In this document: positions 9,321 to 19,111 of the stretch, piece by piece
How the letters are laid out: every line of letters begins with the position of its first letter
Numbering within the stretch: the stretch's first letter is position 1
NCBI GenBank assembly: GCA_046725875.1
Contig: JBKOZJ010000030.1
Span: forward strand, 1-61,603
Length of the DNA: 61,603 nucleotides
Direction: 5' to 3'
Origin: Actinomycetota bacterium
GTDB taxonomy: Bacteria; Actinomycetota; Actinomycetes; JAKEEW01
Made by a program: the position numbers and the translations under genes
Notes under the pieces: model-generated
Told to the model about the DNA's origin: nothing
Database searches by the model: none
Seen by the model: the letters and a program-made list of their open reading frames with translations, nothing else

Positions 9321-9800
9321 CTAGCCGCCCGCATCCGGCCATCGGCGGAATACGTTACTGATGAGTCCGGCGAGCCCGGTCAGCACCACGGCGGCGAGCG
9401 GAGCGAACATCGCGGCGAACGGGATCTGGGTGGGGTCGGTCCCAGTCTCGACCACGGGCAGCGTGATGGCGAGGATCGTCGCCAACGCCCAAACCGCGAG
9501 GGTCACCACCGACAGGCCGATCCAGACCGGCCGTCCCGTCGCGCTCCCGCGCAGCTGGCTCATCGCCCAGAGGAAGGCCAGCGTGCCAATCGCGCCCCAA
9601 AACCAAGTGGTGAAGGCCGCGATCGGCAGATGTTCCTGCTCTGAGCCTGAGACGAGATCCGGCGCGAGCAGACTGATCAGGACGACAGCGAGCCAGATCC
9701 CGCCGATCCCAATCGTGGTCCACAGCATCCAGGACAGATCAGCGGTCGTTGCCGGCCGATCCGCCGGCGCAGGCCGGGCGTTCGGCTCCTCAGCTGTCAT
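9321..9800 (-). CDS. Hypothetical 4-TM membrane protein, probably co-transcribed with MMPL
   Basis: Four hydrophobic helices; GGAGG RBS before ATG 9800. Confidence 0.75.
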   Translation of the reverse strand: MTAEEPNARPAPADRPATTADLSWMLWTTIGIGGIWLAVVLISLLAPDLVSGSEQEHLPIAAFTTWFWGAIGTLAFLWAMSQLRGSATGRPVWIGLSVVTLAVWALATILAITLPVVETGTDPTQIPFAAMFAPLAAVVLTGLAGLISNVFRRWPDAGG

Positions 9801-9867
9801 CGTGAGCCCTCCATCGGTTGTTCGGTCGCGACAGGTATGCGAAGGCGGCCACTGATGTCGCGACATC

Positions 9868-12084
9868 TCATTCTTGCGAACGGCTCCCGACCAAATCGAC
9901 ATGAGACCCGGCCGCCGCCCCAGCACCTACCGGCTCTGCCGGTTCGACGGTGAGGCGGGGAAGCCAGTCGAGCCGTCGGGGGAGGTACCAGGTGTGGTCG
10001 CCGAGGAGCGCGAGGGCGGCGGGCATCAGGATCGAGCGGACGATGGTGGCGTCGAGGAGGAGCGCGACCGCGACTCCGAAGCCCATCTGCTGGAACATGA
10101 CCAGATCACCGGCGGCGAACCCGCAGAACACGGCGACGATGATGAGCGCGGCGCCGGTGATGATCCGCGCGGTGGAGCCGACCCCGAACACGACCGCCGC
10201 GGGGGTGTTCCCGGTCTGGTCGTAGTGTTCGCGGATCCGGCTGAGCAGGAAGACCTGGTAGTCCATGGACAGCCCGAACAGCACCGAGAACAGGAACAGC
10301 GGCACCCACGCTTCGATCGCATCGACCTGCTGGAAGCCGAGCATGCCGGCGCCGTGGCCGTGCTGGAAGACCGCCACGAGCAGCCCGTAGGCGGCGCCGA
10401 CGGACAGCAGGTTCAACCCGATGGCGACGGCCGGCACAACGATGCTGCGGAAGGCGAGCACCAGCAGCAGGAAGCTGAGCCCGAGCACGAACGCGAACAC
10501 GACCGGCAGCCAGAAGCCGACCATGTCGAAGTAGTCGACGCTTTCCGCGGAGTCGCCGGTAACGACCACCTCCGCGTCGACATCCTGGAACGCCGCGGGG
10601 ATCAGCTCGGAGCGGAGTTCGCGCACCGCGTCGATGGCCTGCGCGCTGTCCGCGTCCGAGCCCACCGGCACGGAGATCACGGCCAGGTCACCGGTGTCGC
10701 TCTGCGCGACGCTGACCGGACCGTATGGTGGGCGACCGGCCAGCTGCTCCCGCAGCCGCTGGATGCCCGACCGCACGTCCGGTGCGCTCAGGTCCCCGGC
10801 GACCACGATCTGCGCCGGGCCGGTGGTCGCGCCCGGGAACGACTCCTCCAAAGCCACCAGGCCCTGCTTGGCCGGGAACCGGTCGGGCAGCGTGGCCACC
10901 CCGGCGAAGCCGCGGTCCATATCCAGGATCGGCGCGGCCGCGGCCAGCAACACCCCGGCGGAGACCAGCAGGGCGACCAGCGGGCGGCGGACCACCGCGC
11001 GGACCACCCGGGACCAGAACCGGCCCTCCGCGGCGCCGGACCGGCCGACGTTGCGCCCCACGATCGGGATGCGCAGCGCGTTGACCCGGTCGCCGAGCAG
11101 CGCCAGCAGCGCCGGCAGCAGGGTCAGCGCGGCGGCCACCGAGACTACGCCCACCGCGATCGCCCCCACCGCCAGACTGCGCAGGATGGTGTCCGGCACC
11201 AGCACCATGCCGATCATGGCGAGGGCGAACGCGGACCCGCTGAACAGCACCGCCCGGCTCGCCGTCGCGCCGGCCATCCCGATCGCATCCGGCCGGGCCC
11301 GGCCACCGGCCCGCTCCTCCCGGAACCGGGACAGGATGAACAGGCAATAGTCGATGCCCAGCGCGAGCCCCATCCCGGTGACCATGTTCACCACGAACAC
11401 CGACAGCTCCACGCCCTGCCCGATCAGCGACACCACGGCCAGCGCGACCACGATCGACAGGATCGCCAACAGCAGCGGCACCAGCCCGGCCACCAGCGAG
11501 CCGAACACCAGCAGCAGCACCACCAGCGCCGCCGGCAGCCCGAACCCCAGTTCGCCGTTCTGCAGGTCCTCCCCGGACAGCTCCTCCACGTCGCGGTCCG
11601 CGGTCAACTCGCCGGTGATCTCCACATCGAAACCATCGCGGCCGTCGGCGGCCTCCACCACCTCCACCAGCGGCTCGATCTCATCCGAGGCCATCGGCAA
11701 GGGCAGCAGCACCGCATGCCCGTCCGATGAGACCGGCAGGTCCTCGAAGCTCGCGGCGGCCACCGCCGCCGCATCCAGCTCACCGGTGGCCAGCCCGTCC
11801 GCCACCAGCCGCTCCACCATCGCCCGGAACGCCGGATCGTCCACCGTCCGCGTCGCCGACCGGATCACCACCACGTCCGACCGACCCCCGCCACCCTCCA
11901 GCCGCTGCGCGATCAACGCGTCCCCACGCTCCGAATCGGTCTCCGACGTCACCCCCGCCTCGGTGGTCAGCGCATCACCCAGAAACGAACCGATCAGCAC
12001 CACCGACACCACCACCACCACAAGCCACCCCGCCAGCACCCGCCACGGCCTTGCCGCGGACGCACGAGCTAGCCGCTCAGTCAC
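9868..12084 (-). CDS. MMPL (RND superfamily) transporter
   Basis: GIDYCLFILSRFREE and GLSMDYQVFLLSRIRE motifs; two TM bundles. Confidence 0.95.
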   Translation of the reverse strand: MTERLARASAARPWRVLAGWLVVVVVSVVLIGSFLGDALTTEAGVTSETDSERGDALIAQRLEGGGGRSDVVVIRSATRTVDDPAFRAMVERLVADGLATGELDAAAVAAASFEDLPVSSDGHAVLLPLPMASDEIEPLVEVVEAADGRDGFDVEITGELTADRDVEELSGEDLQNGELGFGLPAALVVLLLVFGSLVAGLVPLLLAILSIVVALAVVSLIGQGVELSVFVVNMVTGMGLALGIDYCLFILSRFREERAGGRARPDAIGMAGATASRAVLFSGSAFALAMIGMVLVPDTILRSLAVGAIAVGVVSVAAALTLLPALLALLGDRVNALRIPIVGRNVGRSGAAEGRFWSRVVRAVVRRPLVALLVSAGVLLAAAAPILDMDRGFAGVATLPDRFPAKQGLVALEESFPGATTGPAQIVVAGDLSAPDVRSGIQRLREQLAGRPPYGPVSVAQSDTGDLAVISVPVGSDADSAQAIDAVRELRSELIPAAFQDVDAEVVVTGDSAESVDYFDMVGFWLPVVFAFVLGLSFLLLVLAFRSIVVPAVAIGLNLLSVGAAYGLLVAVFQHGHGAGMLGFQQVDAIEAWVPLFLFSVLFGLSMDYQVFLLSRIREHYDQTGNTPAAVVFGVGSTARIITGAALIIVAVFCGFAAGDLVMFQQMGFGVAVALLLDATIVRSILMPAALALLGDHTWYLPRRLDWLPRLTVEPAEPVGAGAAAGSHVDLVGSRSQE

Positions 12085-12166
12085 CGGTGCACCCGCGTCC
12101 GATCGGAAGGCCGCAACGGAAACGCATCCCGCGATCGGCGATCAGGAAAGACATCATGGGGTTCAT
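12077..12166 (-). CDS. 29-aa upstream ORF overlapping the MMPL start
   Basis: AGGAGG 5 nt before ATG 12166; MNPMMSFLIADRGMRFRCGLPIGRGCTGD*; the stop overlaps the MMPL 5' end by 8 nt. Confidence 0.45.
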   Translation of the reverse strand: MNPMMSFLIADRGMRFRCGLPIGRGCTGD

Positions 12167-12213
12167 CGCCACCTCCTGCGTGGACGCTATGGACGCCGCC
12201 CCGGCCCGGCATC

Positions 12214-12284
12214 GGGTCGCCTACGTACACGGATCCTCAGATCTGCGTGAACGGTCCTCAGATCCGTCCCTGACCCTCCTCAGA
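12214..12284. promoter_or_regulatory. Direct-repeat operator array (TCCTCAGA x3, 21-22 bp period)
   Basis: TCCTCAGA at 12234, 12255 and 12277; 12214-12263 aligns ungapped with 15907-15956. Confidence 0.65.
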
Positions 12285-12625
12285 GGTGTGCCGTCGCGGT
12301 CCCTCGGTCGGTACAAGGATGAGGCCGGCCAGGGCAGGCTTCGTCACGCGAAGGTGTAGCTAAGGGTGGAATCCCGGCTCTAGCCGGTGGTATCGATCCG
12401 AGGATGGGGCGGCGGGCTGCCCGTCTCCTGACGCAGTCGTTGCGATGACCGTTCGACCGCGTAGGCGGTGGGACGCCGCCAAGCGTGCGGTCGGTGATCA
12501 GCCGTCCAACATCGGGTCGCATCTGGGCCGAAGGGGCAACCGCGCGTTCCACTTTCGCGTGATGCGTCGCCATGCGGCGCGTCGATAGCGTGCCGGCCAG
12601 GCCACGGGAAGCCAAAGGGGTCGAG

Positions 12626-12859
12626 ATGGGAATGTACGAACCCGAGCCGGCAGCGCGCTACGAGATCCGCGTCAAGGGTGTCCTGGATAGCCGCTGGTCG
12701 AGCTGGTTCGAGGGCCTCCAAATCAGCTCGGACGAACCCGGCGAAACGCTCATTGCCGGGCCGATCATCGACCAGGCAGCTCTGCACGGCGTGCTAGGCA
12801 AGATCCGCGACCTGGCCCTTCCGCTGATCTCTGTCCGCCGGATCGACGCCAGCCTGTAG
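12626..12859 (+). CDS. Small conserved protein typically next to MalT-like LuxR regulators (ACT-like fold suspected)
   Basis: YEIRVKGVLDSRWSSWFEGL...GPIIDQAALHGVLGKIRDLALPLISV. Confidence 0.8.
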   Translation: MGMYEPEPAARYEIRVKGVLDSRWSSWFEGLQISSDEPGETLIAGPIIDQAALHGVLGKIRDLALPLISVRRIDASL

Positions 12860-12960
12860 CCGACCCGGGGCCCGCCGAAGCAACCGCGACCAACCCACCC
12901 ACCCACCACCTGCCGCAACGGCCCCGGTGATCATTCGGCGGAGGCCGACGGATCCGCCTA

Positions 12961-15726
12961 TTAAGGGATGAGGTCGAGCCTGCGCGCGTGGGCCACCGCT
13001 TGGGTGCGGTTGGCAGCGCCGAGCTTCTCGAAGATGTGGCTAACGTGCTTCTTGACCGTCTCCAGGGTTATCACCAGTTCCTGGGCGATGTCGCGGTTGC
13101 GCCGGCCCATCGCAAGCAACCGAAGTACCTCCAGCTCCCGGTCGGTCAAGGGCTCGATCAGCCCGGGGGCGGCCGGAGTGGTCGGGCCTGCCTGGTGTCC
13201 CCCGGGCCCGAATGACCGTACGACCAGGTGCAGATGCTGGGTCGCCGGGCCGTCCCGGGCCGCACTGCGGCCCCGCTCGCGGGCGCCGATGAGGCTGCGC
13301 AGCAAGGCGGCCATCGACGGTCCAGCGTCGGCGAAGAGGCGGACAAACCCCTCCGGCCGGGCCAGGGCGAGCGCCCCGGCCAACATGTTGAGGGCATCAT
13401 CATGCTCTCCCGCCGCCTGAAGCGCCAACGACCGCAGAGCCCGGATTTCGATCATGCTCCGTACCCGACCGTGCGCGGTGGCCAGGATGTCCAAACGCTC
13501 CAGCAACCGCAGGGCTTGAACCGGCTGGGACTGGTAAAGGAGCACCCGGGCCAGCACGAGGTAGTCGCGCTCGCGGGGATAGGAGATGTCGTCTTCCGCC
13601 GCCAGTCCACGTTGCCGCACCCAGCGCGCCGCCTCTGCAATCCGTCCCTGGGCGAGAAAGAGCGCGGCCCGTTCGGTCTGGGCGGGACTGAACATGGTGA
13701 CGACGTCGCTGGCTGGAAGGAGGTGGCAGGCCTCGTCGATCGCCTCGTCGGCACGATCAGCATCGCCCATCGCCTGACGGATCCATGCCAAAGCCACCAG
13801 CCCAAACGCCGGCAGCCGGAACTCGACCACTTGACGGGTCAGATCGATGCCCTCGGTCACATGCCGGAGCGCCTCGTCCAGCTCGTTGCGGGCATAGAGC
13901 ACCTGTGCGATCCCCACATGGGCCTCACCTGCGTGGAATGGCAAGAAGCGGCCGCCCTCGGTAGCGAAGCACAGCCCATCTCGATAAGTGCGCAGTGCCG
14001 CGCCGAGCCGGCCTCGGTCCTGCTGCACCCACCCGAGTGCGTGGCATGACGTGGTCAGCGGATGCGGATCGATCGTCGTTCTGGCATCGGCAAGGATCTG
14101 GACGAAGCCGAGCTCGGCCTTCTCCATCTGTCCGCTCATCAAGTCGGCAAGCACCAGCAGCCACCGGCCCCACAATTGTGGACCGCGTTCCTGCTCGGCC
14201 AGTTGCGCTAGAGCTAGGCGTGCGAGGTCTGCAGTGCGTTCGGGATCCCCTCGGTCCGCGGCGACCTCGGCCCGAAGTAGGGCGATCGCGGCGGGAATCT
14301 CCGCCACCATGCCCCCGTCGGTCGGCACCTCGAGGACTTCGCGGTCCCCCTGCGCTTCGACGGCATGCTCGGCGTGCTCCAGGAGACCCTCCGCCGACCG
14401 TAGGTGGCCGAGGTGAAGCTGCATCAAGCTCTCGGCCAAGCACAATGCCGGGCGAGATCGCACTGCCTCATTGGGTAGCAGCGACAGCCATCGCTGAAGG
14501 GTGCGACTCTCCCCCCGGCGCAGGGTCTCACCAACCTGCCGCTCCACCAGCCGCTTCGCCCAGGTCGTGTCCCGCGCCGACAAGGCGTGCTGGATTGCTT
14601 GGTCGATCAGCCGGTGCTCCTCACACCAGCCGGCGGCTCTGCGGTGCAACTCGGCCTGCAGGTCCGGCCGCAGCTGCCCTAGCCGGGCTCGAAGCAGGTC
14701 GGCGAACAGATGGTGGAAGCGCCACCAGCGGCGTTCTTCATCGAGGGGGACCAGGAACAGGTTGGCCCGCTCCAGTTCCTCCAGCATCGCCTGGCCATTG
14801 GCACCGCCGGTGACGGCATCACAGAGGGGACCACCGAGCCGCTCCAGGATCGAGGTGTCCAGCAGGAACGTCCGCACCCGGTCCGGCAGCCGCTCGAGCA
14901 CCTCTTCGGTTAGGTAGTCCAGCACGTAGCGATGGGTGCCGGTGAAGGCTTCCACGAACCCGCTCGAGTCCGGCCGCCGCTGCAGGGACAAGGCTGCCAG
15001 CTGCAGCCCCGCGGCCCACCCTTCGGTCCGGGCCTCCAGGGCCGCCACGGCTTCGGGCGGCAGGTCGAGCTTCCAGACATTCTGGAGGAAGGCCGCCGAC
15101 TCCTCGGGGGTAAAGCGGAGGTCGCTTGCGCGGAGCTCGGTGAGCTGGTTGCCGACGCGTAGCCGGGCTACCGGCAGCGGCGGATCGCTTCGGCTGCTGA
15201 TCGCCAGGTGCAGCTGCGGCGGGAGATGGCTCAGGAGGAAGGCCAGGCTGTCATGGATGGCGGTCTCTTCAATTAGGTGGTAGTCGTCCAAGACCAACGT
15301 GAGGTCCTCGGGCTGCGTCTCCAGCCGACCGACGAGGGCGGTCACCATGCCCCGGCCTGATGGTGATCTAGGCGCGGCCAGCAAGAGAAGGAGCTGCTCG
15401 CCGAGACCTTCACACGCACGGTTGAGGGCCAAGGCCACATAGCGCCAGAAGCGCACCGGGTCGTTGTCGTCGGGGTCCAGCGACAGCCAGGCCACCGCTC
15501 GGTTCGCGCTCGCAGCCCAGTCGGCCAGCAGGGTGGTCTTGCCGAAGCCCGCCGGCGTACTGATCAGGGTCAGCGGGCGACCCATCCCCTCATTCAGCCG
15601 CTGGAGCAGCTCCGCCCGGGCAAGTCGATCGGGGCGTGTTCGCGGAATAGTGACCTTGGTGGCGAGGACGTCGTCCCGCTCACGGGTCGCCGCGGGGTCC
15701 GAAGACGATGCGCGTGACTCTGTCAT
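12961..15726 (-). CDS. MalT-like LuxR-family transcriptional regulator
   Basis: ATKVTIP, PAGFGKTT, LDDYH, TEGWAAGLQLA, RFHHLF, TPR region, LuxR HTH. Confidence 0.95.
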   Translation of the reverse strand: MTESRASSSDPAATRERDDVLATKVTIPRTRPDRLARAELLQRLNEGMGRPLTLISTPAGFGKTTLLADWAASANRAVAWLSLDPDDNDPVRFWRYVALALNRACEGLGEQLLLLLAAPRSPSGRGMVTALVGRLETQPEDLTLVLDDYHLIEETAIHDSLAFLLSHLPPQLHLAISSRSDPPLPVARLRVGNQLTELRASDLRFTPEESAAFLQNVWKLDLPPEAVAALEARTEGWAAGLQLAALSLQRRPDSSGFVEAFTGTHRYVLDYLTEEVLERLPDRVRTFLLDTSILERLGGPLCDAVTGGANGQAMLEELERANLFLVPLDEERRWWRFHHLFADLLRARLGQLRPDLQAELHRRAAGWCEEHRLIDQAIQHALSARDTTWAKRLVERQVGETLRRGESRTLQRWLSLLPNEAVRSRPALCLAESLMQLHLGHLRSAEGLLEHAEHAVEAQGDREVLEVPTDGGMVAEIPAAIALLRAEVAADRGDPERTADLARLALAQLAEQERGPQLWGRWLLVLADLMSGQMEKAELGFVQILADARTTIDPHPLTTSCHALGWVQQDRGRLGAALRTYRDGLCFATEGGRFLPFHAGEAHVGIAQVLYARNELDEALRHVTEGIDLTRQVVEFRLPAFGLVALAWIRQAMGDADRADEAIDEACHLLPASDVVTMFSPAQTERAALFLAQGRIAEAARWVRQRGLAAEDDISYPRERDYLVLARVLLYQSQPVQALRLLERLDILATAHGRVRSMIEIRALRSLALQAAGEHDDALNMLAGALALARPEGFVRLFADAGPSMAALLRSLIGARERGRSAARDGPATQHLHLVVRSFGPGGHQAGPTTPAAPGLIEPLTDRELEVLRLLAMGRRNRDIAQELVITLETVKKHVSHIFEKLGAANRTQAVAHARRLDLIP

Positions 15727-15906
15727 GCCATCACCCGCGCCCAGCCGGCGAAGGTCCCGTTGGCAGCGATTCTAGTTGGATATCAGGGGCGACCGCTCGC
15801 GGCCCGATCTACGTACCATCCCTGGGCGACGAACAGGCCGAGGATGGGACGACGATCGTCGCCGGCTCCTGCGGTGAGGCTACAGACGGCTGCCCCGTAA
15901 GGCGCT

Positions 15907-15956
15907 GAGTCGCCTTCGCATCCGCATGCTCAGATCCGCGTCCACGGTCCTCAAAT
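15907..15956. promoter_or_regulatory. Second copy of the 50-bp operator element
   Basis: 39/50 identical (counted by eye) to 12214-12263; T(G/C)CTCA(G/A)A at 15927 and 15948. Confidence 0.65.
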
Positions 15957-15997
15957 ATGCACCTGACCGTATTAGAACCGAGCGCCATACTTTCGTC

Positions 15998-18982
15998 ATG
16001 GCGTACCAGCTCACCGCCGGGCGCTTCGTTGGGCGTGCCCACGAGCTCGCTTGGTGGCGTGAGTTGCTCGTACGTGTCGCCGACGGCCAGCCGACGGTGG
16101 CGGTGATCGGCGGGGAGGCCGGGATCGGCAAGACCCGGCTTGCCGAGCAGCTAGCCAGCACCGCCAGCGAGCAGGGCTTTCGAGTGCTGCGCGGCGGCTG
16201 TGTCCCACTGGGCGAGGAGGGCGTGCCGTTCGCGCCCATTACGGAGGCACTACGCGCCCTGGCCAATGACCTGGATGCGGTCGAATTGGAGGCGGTTGCC
16301 GGCCCGGCCAGTGGAGAGCTGGGCCAGCTGCTGCCCGACCTAGCTTGGGGCGTCGAGGCAGCGGCCGCGGTTGGCGGCGTCGCGGGCGAGAGTCAGGGGC
16401 GGCTGTTCGAGCTGCTGCTGGGCGTGGTCGAGCGGCTGGCCCGGCGGGCGCCGCTCGTCTGGATCATGGAGGACCTGCATTGGGCCGACCGCTCCACCCG
16501 TGGCCTGTTGGCCTTCCTGGCCGCCTCCCACCGATCGGGTCGGGTGCTGCTGGTGCTCACCTTCCGCAGTGACGAGCTGCACCGCCTGCACCCGCTGCGC
16601 GAACTCCTCGGCGAGCTGGCTCGCAACCGCCGGGTGCGGCGGCTGGAGCTCGCCCGGTTTACCCGCGCCGAGCTGGCCGAGCAGCTGTCGGGTCTGCTCG
16701 GCGACGACCCGCCCGCCCGGCTGGTCGACGACATCCACACCCGCTCCGGAGGTAACCCGTTCTTCGCCGAGGAGCTATTGCGGGTTGGCGAAGGTCCGGG
16801 CGTGATCCCGCCCAGCCTGCAGGACGCGCTGTTGACTCGGGTGGTGCGGCTGGGCCACCACACCCAACAACTGCTGCGTATCGCTGCCGCGGCCGGTCCG
16901 GGCGTCACGCAGCCGATGCTCGCCGAGGTGGCCGGCATGGACGAGGCGGCGCTGCTGGACGGCCTGCGCGAGGCTGTCGACCAACAGCTCCTGCTGCCGG
17001 AGCCGGGCGGCGCCGGCTATGCATTCCGCCACGCACTGGTTGCCGAGGCCGTCTACGGCGAGCTGCTGCCCGGCGAGCGGGTCCGCCTGCACCTCGCGCT
17101 GGCCAAGGCCCTGGAAGCTGGCCTAGAGGCGGGGGAGGCCAAGGCGACCCGCGCGGCCCGCTTGGCCCACCACTGGTCTGCTGCCGGCGACCATCTACGT
17201 GCCGTGATCGCCAGCGTCGAGGCCGCGGCCGCCGCCGAGCAGGTGTACGCCTTCCCCGAGGCCCAACTGCAGCTGGAGCGAGTGCTAGGGCTGTGGGACC
17301 GGGTCCCGGATGCCGAAGCCCAGGCCGGCATGGACCGTGTGTCGCTGCTTTCGCGCTGCGCCGAGGCGGCCAATGCGGCCGGAGACCCCGCCCGTGGAGC
17401 TGATCTGGTCCGCCAAGCTCTGCTGCTGGTCGATGAGGTACGCCAGCCACAGCGTGCCGGCCTGCTCCACGAGCAGCTGGCGCGCTGCTTGCGTTGGCTT
17501 GGTGACCCTGCCGCGCTGGCCGCGCAGCAGGACGCGGTGCGGCTGGTGCCGCCCGAGCCTTCCGCGGAGCGGGCGCGGGTGCTCGCCTCGCTCGCTGGTT
17601 TGCAGCTGGTGCTGCTGTCTCGCATAGAGGAGGCGAGAGAGCTGGCGGAGGCGGCGACCGCTATCGCGAGGCAGATCGGTGCCCGCGCCGAGGAGGCAGC
17701 CGCGCGCATCGCCCTGGGCGGCTGCCTCATACACCTTGGTGATCCTGACGCTGGGCTCGCCGAGCTGGAGGCGGCCCGTCATGCCGCGATGCAGATAGGT
17801 GACGTGATCACCCTACTAAAGGCGATCACCAATCAGTCCGACGGGTTGCTCGCGGCCGGCCGTATGGAGGAGGCAGCCGTGGTCGCCCTCGACGGCGTCC
17901 ACCTAGCCCGGCGCCTCGGCCTTGTCCGCGCCTACGGTTCGTTGCTGGCATGCAACGCCACGGAGGCGCTGGTCGCCCTCGGCCGCTGGGATCGGGCCGA
18001 GGAGGTCTCCCGCCAAGGCCTGGAGGCCGCGCCGGCAGACGCCGCCTCCGGGCATTCGGTCCACCTGCTGCTGGCTCGTGCCGCACTGGAGGTCGGCTTG
18101 GGCGACCTGGACGCCGCCGAGCGGCGGCTGGAGGCCGGCCGGCGCGTGCTTCCCGCCGCCATCCCAGCGCCCCAGGAGGTCGGCCCCCTGTTCGCCGGCC
18201 TCGCCGAGGTGGCACTTTGGCGCGGCCACCTGGAGCATGCCAGGCAGCTAATCGCCGACGCCGTCCCCCTGACCGAAGCCAATCCACGCTTTGTCGCGCC
18301 GCTGTGTGCCCTCGGCGTACGCGTAGAGGCCGATCGCGCCGAGCTGGCCAGGGCACGCCACTCTGGGGACATGGCTGCCGACGGCGGCACCGCCAGCGTG
18401 CTGTTGGAGCGGCTCGCCTGGGCCGCCGCCAGCCGGGCGGCCGACGGTATCCCAGAGATTGGCGCATGGCACACTACCGCCCTCGCCGAGCGCACCCGGC
18501 ACGACGGCCGGTCCGACCCGGTCGCTTGGGCGGCAGCCGTCGCGGCGTGGGAACGGCTCGGCCAGCCCTACCGCGTCGCCTATACCAGCTTCCGGACGTC
18601 AGAGGCGTTGCTGGCCGAGGCCAGCAACCGCGCCACCGCCGCCGCAGAGCTGGCGCGCGCCGCCGACATCACCGGCCGCCTCGGCGCCCGCCTACTGGAC
18701 AACGAGGTCAAGGCTCTCGCGCGGCGCGCCCGCATCGACCTGGTCGGGCAGACCATGGCCCCCGTCGACGCACCCACGCCCGCCGAGCAGCTCGGCCTCA
18801 CCCAGCGGGAGGTCGAGGTGCTCGCGCTGGTCGGGGCCGGCCGCAGCAACCGCCAGATCGCCCAGACACTGTTCATCAGCCCCAAGACGGCCAGCGTCCA
18901 CGTCTCCAACATCCTCGCCAAGCTCGGTGTCCACACACGGGTCGAGGCGGCCGCGATCGCACACCGTCTCGGCCTGGACTGA
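15998..18982 (+). CDS. AAA-ATPase LuxR-family (LAL-type) transcriptional regulator
   Basis: FVGR, GEAGIGKT, EDLHWAD, GNPFFAEEL, FRHAL, TPR-like repeats, LuxR HTH with KTASVHVSNIL. Confidence 0.95.
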   Translation: MAYQLTAGRFVGRAHELAWWRELLVRVADGQPTVAVIGGEAGIGKTRLAEQLASTASEQGFRVLRGGCVPLGEEGVPFAPITEALRALANDLDAVELEAVAGPASGELGQLLPDLAWGVEAAAAVGGVAGESQGRLFELLLGVVERLARRAPLVWIMEDLHWADRSTRGLLAFLAASHRSGRVLLVLTFRSDELHRLHPLRELLGELARNRRVRRLELARFTRAELAEQLSGLLGDDPPARLVDDIHTRSGGNPFFAEELLRVGEGPGVIPPSLQDALLTRVVRLGHHTQQLLRIAAAAGPGVTQPMLAEVAGMDEAALLDGLREAVDQQLLLPEPGGAGYAFRHALVAEAVYGELLPGERVRLHLALAKALEAGLEAGEAKATRAARLAHHWSAAGDHLRAVIASVEAAAAAEQVYAFPEAQLQLERVLGLWDRVPDAEAQAGMDRVSLLSRCAEAANAAGDPARGADLVRQALLLVDEVRQPQRAGLLHEQLARCLRWLGDPAALAAQQDAVRLVPPEPSAERARVLASLAGLQLVLLSRIEEARELAEAATAIARQIGARAEEAAARIALGGCLIHLGDPDAGLAELEAARHAAMQIGDVITLLKAITNQSDGLLAAGRMEEAAVVALDGVHLARRLGLVRAYGSLLACNATEALVALGRWDRAEEVSRQGLEAAPADAASGHSVHLLLARAALEVGLGDLDAAERRLEAGRRVLPAAIPAPQEVGPLFAGLAEVALWRGHLEHARQLIADAVPLTEANPRFVAPLCALGVRVEADRAELARARHSGDMAADGGTASVLLERLAWAAASRAADGIPEIGAWHTTALAERTRHDGRSDPVAWAAAVAAWERLGQPYRVAYTSFRTSEALLAEASNRATAAAELARAADITGRLGARLLDNEVKALARRARIDLVGQTMAPVDAPTPAEQLGLTQREVEVLALVGAGRSNRQIAQTLFISPKTASVHVSNILAKLGVHTRVEAAAIAHRLGLD

Positions 18983-19111
18983 TATCGACCGCAGCGCGCA
19001 GGTCGGTTCTGCCCAAGGCAGCCCTCCACGATGACGCTCCAGTCCTCGCAGACGTCGCACGTTAACTCGGTGAGGAGTGACCTCGCCGTTCGGGGGTAGG
19101 GATCGCATTCG

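Noticed and set aside
9874..11730. 618-aa plus-strand ORF and similar long antisense ORFs (e.g. 44593-46107, 59517-60563)
   Set aside because: Shadow frames of high-GC genes; Arg/Pro/His-rich with no motifs.
10600..12084. MMPL appears to have more extreme GC3 than its neighbours (possible separate acquisition)
   Set aside because: Only a visual impression; it needs a codon-usage computation.
12234..12284. Regularly spaced repeats as a possible CRISPR mini-array
   Set aside because: Repeats are only 8 bp with 13-14 bp gaps and there are no cas genes; better explained as an operator.
6440..18982. STAND ATPases as Avs-type anti-phage proteins
   Set aside because: All end in LuxR HTH domains and lack nuclease, TIR, SIR2 or protease effectors.
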